Below are positions 56,273-64,000 of a DNA stretch of 64,000 nt, one piece after another. The notes beneath the pieces are model-generated. The model saw nothing but the letters and a program-made list of their open reading frames with translations, did not search any database and had not been told where the DNA came from. Each line of letters opens with the position of its first letter. The stretch's first letter is position 1. The stretch is from Eledone cirrhosa (Eukaryota), in contig OZ024758.1 in the NCBI GenBank assembly GCA_964016885.1, forward strand, positions 38,440,001 through 38,504,000, given 5' to 3'. A program made the translations under genes and the position numbers.

Positions 56273-59200
56273 TATTAGCTGTCAGAAGGAACTCCACTGT
56301 TGGTGAGAATTCATTTAAGTTCATGGTATTAGCTGTCAGAATTAACTCCACTGTTGGTGAGAATTCATTTAAGTTCATGGTATTAGCTGTCAGAAGTAAC
56401 TCCACTGTTGGTGAGAATTCATTTAAGTTCATGGTACTAGCTGTCAGAAGTAACTCCAATGTTGGTGAGAATTCATTTAAGTTCATGGTATTAGCTGTCA
56501 GAAGTAACTCCACTGTTGGTGAGAATTCATTTAAGTCATGGTATTTATTAGCTGTCAGAAGTAACACCAATGTTGGTGAGAATTCATTTAAGTCATGGTA
56601 CTAGCTGTCAGAAGTAACTCCACTGTTGGTGAGAATTCATTTAAGTTCATGGTACTAGCTGTCAGAAGTAACTCCATTGTTGGTGAGAATTCATTTAAGT
56701 TCATGGTATTAGTTTGTCAGAAGTAACTCCACTGTTGGTGAGAATTCATTTAAGTCATGGTATTAGTTGTCAGAAGTAACTCCAATGTTGGTGAGAATTC
56801 ATTTAAGTTCATGGTACTAGCTGTCAGAAGTAACTCCACTGTTGGTGAGAATTCATTTAAGTCATGGTATTAGCTGTCAGAAGTAACTCCAATGTTGGTG
56901 AGAATTCATTTAAGTTCATGGTATTAGCTGTCAGAAGTAACTCCACTGTTGGTGAGAATTCATTTAAGTTCATGGTACTAGCTGTCAGAAGTAACCCCAA
57001 TGTTGGTGTGAATTCATTTAAGTTCATGGTATTAGCTGTCAGAAGTCACTCCAATGTTGGTGAGAATTCATTTAAGTTCATGGTATTAGCTGTCAGAAGT
57101 AACTCCACTGTTGGTGAGAATTCATTTAAGTTCATGGTATTAGCTGTCAGAAGTAACTCCACTGTTGGTGAGAATTCATTTAAGTTCATGGTACTAGTTG
57201 TCAGAAGTAACTCCACTGTTGGTGAGAATTCATTTAAGTTCATGGTATTAGTTGTCAGAAGTAACTCCACTGTTGGTGAGAATTCATTTAAGTTCATGGT
57301 ATTAGCTGTCAGAAGTAACTCCACTGTTGGTGAGAATTCATTTAGGTCATGGTATTAGCTGTCAGAAGTAACTCCATTGTTGGTGAGAATTCATTTAAGT
57401 CATGGTACTAGCTGTCAGAAGTAACTCCACTGTTGGTGAGAATTCATTTAAGTTCATGGTATTAGCTGTCAGAAGGATCTCCACTGTTGGTGAGAATTCA
57501 TTTAACTTCATGGTACTAGCTGTCAGAAGTAACTCTACTGTTGGTGAGAATTCATTTAAGTTCATGGTATTAGTTTGTCAGAAGTAACTCCACTGTTGGT
57601 GAGAATTCATTTAAGTCATGGTATTAGTTGTCAGAAGTAACTCCAATGTTGGTGAGAATTCATTTAAGTCATGGTACTAGCTGTCAGAAGTAACTCCAAT
57701 GTTGGTGAGAATTCATTTAAGTTCATCGTATTAGCTGTCAGAAGGAACTCCACTGTTGGTGAGAATTCATTTAAGTTCATGGTACTAGCTGTCAGAAGTC
57801 ACTCCACTGTTGGTGAGAATTCATTTAAGTTCATGGCATTAGTTTGTCAGAAGTAACTCCACTGTTGGTGAGAATTCATTTAAGTCATGGTATTAGTTGT
57901 CAGAAGTAACTCCAATGTTGGTGAGAATTCATTTAAGTTCATGGTACTAGCTGTCAGAAGTAACTCCACTGTTGGTGAGAATTCATTTAAGTTCATGGTA
58001 TTAGCTGTCAGAAGTAACTCCACTGTTGGTGAGAATTCATTTAAGTCATGGTATTAGCTGTCAGAAGTAACTCCAATGTTGGTGAGAATTCATTTAAGTC
58101 ATGGTACTAGCTGTCAGAAGTAACTCCAATGTTGGTGAGAATTCATTTAAGTTCATGGTATTAGCTGTCAGAAGTCACTCCAATGTTGGTGAGAATTCAT
58201 TTAAGTTCATGGTATTAGCTGTCAGAAGTAACTCCACTGTTGGTGAGAATTCATTTAAGTTCATGGTATTAGCTGTCAGAAGTAACTCCACTGTTGGTGA
58301 GAATTCATTTAAGTTCATGGTATTAGCTGTCAGAAGAAACTCCACTGTTGGTGAGAATTCATTTAAGTTCATGGTATTAGCTGTTAGATGGAACTCCAAT
58401 GTTGGTGAGAATTCATTTAAGTCATGGTACTAGCTGTCAGAAGTAACTCCACTGTTGGTGAGAATTCATTTAAGTTCATGGTATTAGCTGTCAGAAGGAA
58501 CGCCACTGTTGGTGAGAATTCATTTAAGTTCATGGTATTAGCTGTCAGAAGTAACTCCACTGTTGGTGAGAATTCATTTAAGTTCATGGTACTAGCTGTC
58601 AGAAGTAACTCCACTGTTGGTGAGAATTCATTTACGTTCATGGTATTAGTTGTCAGAAGTAACTCCACTGTTGGTGAGAATTCATTTAAGTCATGGTATT
58701 AGTTGTCAGAAGTAACTCCAATGTTGGTGAGAATTCATTTAAGTCATGGTACTAGCTGTCAGAAGTAACTCCAATGTTGGTGAGAATTCATTTAAGTTCA
58801 TGGTATTAGCTGTCAGAAGGAACTCCACTGTTGGTGAGAATTCATTTAAGTTCATGGTATTAGCTGTCAGAAGTAACTCCACTGTTGGTGAGAATTCATT
58901 TAAGTTCATGGTACTAGCTGTCAGAAGTAACTCCACTGTTGGTGAGAATTCATTTAAGTCATGGTATTAGCTGTCAGAAGTAACTCCACTGTTGGTGAGA
59001 ATTCATTTAGGTTCATGGTATTAGCTGACAGAAGTAACTCCACTGTTGGTGAGAATTCATTTAAGTTCATGGTACTAGCTGTCAGAAGTAACTCCACTGT
59101 TGGTGAGAATTCATTTAAGTTCATGGTATTAGTTTGTCAGAAGTAACTCCACTGTTGGTGAGAATTCATTTAAGTCATGGTATTAGTTGTCAGAGGTAAC

Positions 59201-61513
59201 TCCAATGTTGGTGAGAATTCATTTAAGTTCATGGTACTAGCTGTCAGAAGTAACTCCACTGTTGGTGAGAATTCATTTAAGTTCATGGTATTAGCTGTCA
59301 GAAGTAACTCCACTGTTGGTGAGAATTCATTTAAGTCATGGTATTAGCTGTCAGAAGTAACTCCAATGTTGGTCAGAATTCATTTAAGTCATGGTACTAG
59401 CTGTCAGAAGTAACTCCAATGTTGGTGAGAATTCAGTTAAGTTCATGGTATTAGCTGTCAGAAGGAACTCCACTGTTGGTGAGAATTCATTTAAGTTCAT
59501 GGTATTAGCTGTCAGAAGTAACTCCACTGTTGGTGAGAATTCATTTAAGTTCATGGTACTAGCTGTCAGAAGTAACTCCACTGTTGGTGAGAATTCATTT
59601 AAGTTCATGGTACTAGCTGTCAGAAGTAACTCCACTGTTGGTGAGAATTCATTTAAGTTCATGGTATTAGCTGTCAGAAGTAACTCCACTGTTGGTGAGA
59701 ATTCATTTAAGTTCATGGTACTAGTTGTCAGAAGTAACTCCACTGTTGGTGAGAATTCATTTAAGTTCATGGTATTAGTTGTCAGAAGTAACTCCACTGT
59801 TGGTGAGAATTCATTTAAGTCATGGTATTAGTTGTCAGAAGTAACTCCAATGTTGGTGAGAATTCATTTAAGTTCATGGTATTAGCTGTCAGAAGTCACT
59901 CCAATGTTGGTGAGAATTCATTTAAGTTCATGGTATTAGCTGTCAGAAGTAACTCCACTGTTGGTGAGAATTCATTTAAGTTCATGGTATTAGCTGTCAG
60001 AAGTAACTCCACTGTTGGTGAGAATTCATTTAAGTTCATGGTATTAGCTGTCAGAAGAAACTCCACTGTTGGTGAGAATTCATTTAAGTTCATGGTATTA
60101 GCTGTTAGATGGAACTCCAATGTTGGTGAGAATTCATTTAAGTCATGGTACTAGCTGTCAGAAGTAACTCCACTGTTGGTGAGAATTCATTTAAGTTCAT
60201 GGTATTAGCTGTCAGAAGGAACGCCACTGTTGGTGAGAATTCATTTAAGTTCATGGTATTAGCTGTCAGAAGTAACTCCACTGTTGGTGAGAATTCATTT
60301 AAGTTCATGGTACTAGTTGTCAGAAGTAACTCCACTGTTGGTGAGAATTCATTTAAGTTCATGGTATTAGTTGTCAGAAGTAACTCCACTGTTGGTGAGA
60401 ATTCATTTAAGTCATGGTATTAGTTGTCAGAAGTAACTCCAATGTAGGTGAGAATTCATTTAAGTCATGGTACTAGCTGTCAGAAGTAACTCCAATGTTG
60501 GTGAGAATTCATTTAAGTTCATGGTATTAGCTGTCAGAAGGAACTCCACTGTTGGTGAGAATTCATTTAAGTTCATGGTATTAGCTGTCAGAAGTAACTC
60601 CACTGTTGGTGAGAATTCATTTAAGTTCATGGTACTAGCTGTCAGAAGTAACTCCACTGTTGGTGAGAATTCATTTAAGTTCATGGTATTAGCTGTCAGA
60701 AGTAACTCCACTGTTGGTGAGAATTCATTTAAGTCATGGTATTAGCTGTCAGAAGTAACTCCATTGTTGGTGAGAATTCATTTAAGTCATGGTACTAGCT
60801 GTCAGAAGTAACTCCACTGTTGGTGAGAATTCATTTAAGTTCATGGTATTAGCTGTCAGAAGGATCTCCACTGTTGGTGAGAATTCATGTAACTTCATGG
60901 TACTAGCTGTCAGAAGTAACTCTACTGTTGGTGAGAATTCATTTAAGTTCATGGTATTAGTTTGTCAGAAGTAACTCCACTGTTGGTGAGAATTCATTTA
61001 AGTCATGGTATTAGTTGTCAGAAGTAACTCCAATGTTGGTGAGAATTCATTTAAGTCATGGTACTAGCTGTCAGAAGTAACTCCAATGTTGGTGAGAATT
61101 CATTTAAGTTCATCGTATTAGCTGTCAGAAGGAACTCCACTGTTGGTGAGAATTCATTTAAGTTCATGGTACTAGCTGTCAGAAGTCACTCCACTGTTGG
61201 TGAGAATTCATTTAAGTTCATGGCATTAGTTTGTCAGAAGTAACTCCACTGTTGGTGAGAATTCATTTAAGTCATGGTATTAGTTGTCAGAAGTAACACC
61301 AATGTTGGTGAGAATTCATTTAAGTTCATGGTACTAGCTGTCAGAAGTAACTCCACTGTTGGTGAGAATTCATTTAAGTTCATGGTATTAGCTGTCAGAA
61401 GTAACTCCACTGTTGGTGAGAATTCATTTAAGTCATGGTATTAGCTGTCAGAAGTAACTCCAATGTTGGTGAGAATTCATTTAAGTCATGGTACTAGCTG
61501 TCAGAAGTAACTC

Positions 61514-61695
61514 AAATGAATTCTCACCAACATTGGAGTTACTTCTGACAGCTAGTACCATGACTTAAATGAATTCTCACCAACATTGGAGTTACTTCTG
61601 ACAGCTAATACCATGACTTAAATGAATTCTCACCAACAGTGGAGTTACTTCTGACAGCTAATACCATGAACTTAAATGAATTCTCACCAACATTG
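61514..61695 (-). repeat. 182-bp inverted segment of the same 54-bp satellite (about 3.4 monomers on the minus strand)
   Basis: Sequence switches at ...gtaactc|aaatgaattctcaccaacattggagttacttctgacagc..., the reverse complement of the monomer, and switches back at ...caccaacattg|aagttcatgg. The + strand ORF 61639..61980 begins with the peptide normally seen on the minus strand (MELLLTANTMNLNEFSPTL) and then joins the usual + peptide (KFMVLAVRS). Confidence 0.98.
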
Positions 61696-64000
61696 AAGTT
61701 CATGGTATTAGCTGTCAGAAGTCACTCCAATGTTGGTGAGAATTCATTTAAGTTCATGGTATTAGCTGTCAGAAGTAACTCCACTGTTGGTGAGAATTCA
61801 TTTAAGTTCATGGTATTAGCTGTCAGAAGTAACTCCACTGATGGTGAGAATTCATTTAAGTTCATGGTATTAGCTGTCAGAAGAAACTCCACTGTTGGTG
61901 AGAATTCATTTAAGTTCATGGTATTAGCTGTTAGATGGAACTCCAATGTTGGTGAGAATTCATTTAAGTCATGGTACTAGCTGTCAGAAGTAACTCCACT
62001 GTTGGTGAGAATTCATTTAAGTTCATGGTATTAGCTGTCAGAAGGAACGCCACTGTTGGTGAGAATTCATTTAAGTTCATGGTATTAGCTGTCAGAAGTA
62101 ACTCCACTGTTGGTGAGAATTCATTTAAGTTCATGGTACTAGTTGTCAGAAGTAACTCCACTGTTGGTGAGAATTCATTTAAGTTCATGGTATTAGTTGT
62201 CAGAAGTAACTCCACTGTTGGTGAGAATTCATTTAAGTCATGGTATTAGTTGTCAGAAGTAACTCCAATGTTGGTGAGAATTCATTTAAGTCATGGTACT
62301 AGCTGTCAGAAGTAACTCCAATGTTGGTGAGAATTCATTTAAGTTCATGGTATTAGCTGTCAGAAGGAACTCCACTGTTGGTGAGAATTCATTTAAGTTC
62401 ATGGTATTAGCTGTCAGAAGTAACTCCACTTTTGGTGAGAATTCATTTAAGTTCATGGTACTAGCTGTCAGAAGTAACTCCACTGTTGGTGAGAATTCAT
62501 TTAAGTCATGGTATTAGCTGTCAGAAGTAACTCCACTGTTGGTGAGAATTCATTTAGGTTCATGGTATTAGCTGACAGAAGTAACTCCACTGTTGGTGAG
62601 AATTCATTTAAGTTCATGGTACTAGCTGTCAGAAGTAACTCCACTGTTGGTGAGAATTCATTTAAGTTCATGGTATTAGTTTGTCAGAAGTAACTCCACT
62701 GTTGGTGAGAATTCATTTAAGTCATGGTATTAGTTGTCAGAGGTAACTCCAATGTTGGTGAGAATTCATTTAAGTTCATGGTACTAGCTGTCAGAAGTAA
62801 CTCCACTGTTGGTGAGAATTCATTTAAGTTCATGGTATTAGCTGTCAGAAGTAACTCCACTGTTGGTGAGAATTCATTTAAGTCATGGTATTAGCTGTCA
62901 GAAGTAACTCCAATGTTGGTCAGAATTCATATAAGTCATGGTACTAGCTGTCAGAAGTAACTCCAATGTTGGTGAGAATTCAGTTAAGTTCATGGTATTA
63001 GCTGTCAGAAGGAACTCCACTGTTGGTGAGAATTCATTTAAGTTCATGGTATTAGCTGTCAGAAGTAACTCCACTGTTGGTGAGAATTCATTTAAGTTCA
63101 TGGTACTAGCTGTCAGAAGTAACTCCACTGTTGGTGAGAATTCATTTAAGTTCATGGTACTAGCTGTCAGAAGTAACTCCACTGTTGGTGAGAATTCATT
63201 TAAGTTCATGGTATTAGCTGTCAGAAGTAACTCCACTGTTGGTGAGAATTCATTTAAGTTCATGGTACTAGTTGTCAGAAGTAACTCCACTGTTGGTGAG
63301 AATTCATTTAAGTTCATGGTATTAGTTGTCAGAAGTAACTCCACTGTTGGTGAGAATTCATTTAAGTCATGGTATTAGTTGTCAGAAGTAACTCCAATGT
63401 TGGTGAGAATTCATTTAAGTTCATGGTATTAGCTGTCAGAAGTCACTCCAATGTTGGTGAGAATTCATTTAAGTTCATGGTATTAGCTGTCAGAAGTAAC
63501 TCCACTGTTGGTGAGAATTCATTTAAGTTCATGGTATTAGCTGTCAGAAGTAACTCCACTGTTGGTGAGAATTCATTTAAGTTCATGGTATTAGCTGTCA
63601 GAAGAAACTCCACTGTTGGTGAGAATTCATTTACATTCATGGTATTAGCTGTTAGATGGAACTCCAATGTTGGTGAGAATTCATTTAAGTCATGGTACTA
63701 GCTGTCAGAAGTAACTCCACTGTTGGTGAGAATTCATTTAAGTTCATGGTATTAGCTGTCAGAAGGAACGCCACTGTTGGTGAGAATTCATTTAAGTTCA
63801 TGGTATTAGCTGTCAGAAGTAACTCCACTGTTGGTGAGAATTCATTTAAGTTCATGGTACTAGTTGTCAGAAGTAACTCCACTGTTGGTGAGAATTCATT
63901 TAAGTTCATGGTATTAGTTGTCAGAAGTAACTCCACTGTTGGTGAGAATTCATTTAAGTCATGGTATTAGTTGTCAGAAGTAACTCCAATGTTGGTGAGA
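61696..64000 (+). repeat. 54-bp tandem satellite array, forward orientation resumed to window end
   Basis: Same monomer in the + orientation from aagttcatggtattagctgtcagaagtcactcc at 61696 to the end of the window. Confidence 0.99.

Larger units (their letters stand above)
1..61513 (+). repeat. 54-bp tandem satellite array (EcoRI-site-containing monomer), main forward-oriented portion
   Basis: Bases 1-54 (ttggtgagaattcatttaagttcatggtactagctgtcagaagtaactccactg) repeat head-to-tail throughout, typically with 0-3 differences per monomer. Length variants are 53 bp (aagtcatgg or aaatcatgg for aagttcatgg) and 55 bp (ttagtttgtc). No unique sequence was seen. Confidence 0.99.
57255..64000 (+). repeat. 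Tandem duplication, 3387-bp period (about 63 monomers), about 2 copies; second copy carries the inversion plus 160 extra bp
   Basis: Landmark offsets are 3387 before the inversion (57402/60789, 57671/61058) and 3547 after it (58424/61971, 58746/62293, 59391/62938, 60145/63692). Rare variants ggatctcc, ggcattag, gctgacag and ggtcagaattc are shared. Confidence 0.92.

Noticed and set aside
61514-61695. MITE/transposon or recombinase-controlled invertible switch
   Set aside because: The segment is purely satellite sequence. It is bounded internally by direct copies of a 22-mer rather than by element-specific terminal inverted repeats or inverted recombination sites, and no transposase or recombinase is in the window.
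61639-61980. Novel chimeric 113-aa ORF
   Set aside because: It is merely read-through across the right inversion junction (61695/61696). It is useful as a marker of the inversion, not as a gene.
392-63970. The many ORFs of 61-421 aa on both strands as protein-coding genes
   Set aside because: All are the same 18-aa repeat produced by a 54-bp monomer. Their starts and ends coincide with 1-bp indel monomers, and there are no unique domains or non-repetitive termini.
1-64000. CRISPR array or other repeat-spacer/guide cassette
   Set aside because: No unique spacers are present. The entire 54 bp is conserved with only scattered single-base variants, and there is no leader or cas gene.
1-64000. 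Synthetic concatemer or cloning artefact suggested by an EcoRI site in every unit
   Set aside because: Hierarchically shared variants, nested duplications and occasional site-destroying mutations propagated between copies indicate natural array evolution. Ligated EcoRI fragments would also be randomly oriented, and the one inversion does not break at GAATTC.
1-64000. Tandem tRNA/5S/snRNA/spliced-leader gene array or telomeric repeat
   Set aside because: The 54-bp unit is too short for these gene repeats. It shows no recognisable cloverleaf, Pol III A/B boxes with a T-run terminator, or G-rich telomere motif.

Overview
The entire 64-kb window is one tandem satellite array, running off both window edges. 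It has roughly 1,190 copies of a 54-bp monomer, consensus TTGGTGAGAATTCATTTAAGTTCATGGTA(T/C)TAGCTGTCAGAAGTAACTCCA(C/A)TG, about 37% GC, with one EcoRI site per unit and no CpG in the consensus. Frequent 53-bp and 55-bp length variants and recurrent point variants let the array be read like a barcode. They reveal nested, locally different higher-order duplications with periods of 432, 701, 1614, 1721, 1830, 2155, 2421, 2799, 3387 and about 6.7 kb, plus longer-range copies at offsets of 7.0-7.3, 12.1 and 42.3 kb. All listed ORFs are translations of the 18-codon monomer, and no credible gene, RNA gene, transposon or CRISPR array is present. The one strand switch I found is a 182-bp inverted segment at 61514-61695. 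It is coupled to a 160-bp (3-monomer) duplication, has clean register-preserving junctions, and creates a 160-bp-arm palindrome with a 22-bp spacer. The organisation looks like eukaryotic (peri)centromeric or heterochromatic satellite DNA (inference). I cannot assign organism or family, and I found no evidence of a new protein-coding system. Block boundaries were read by eye and are approximate to about one monomer.
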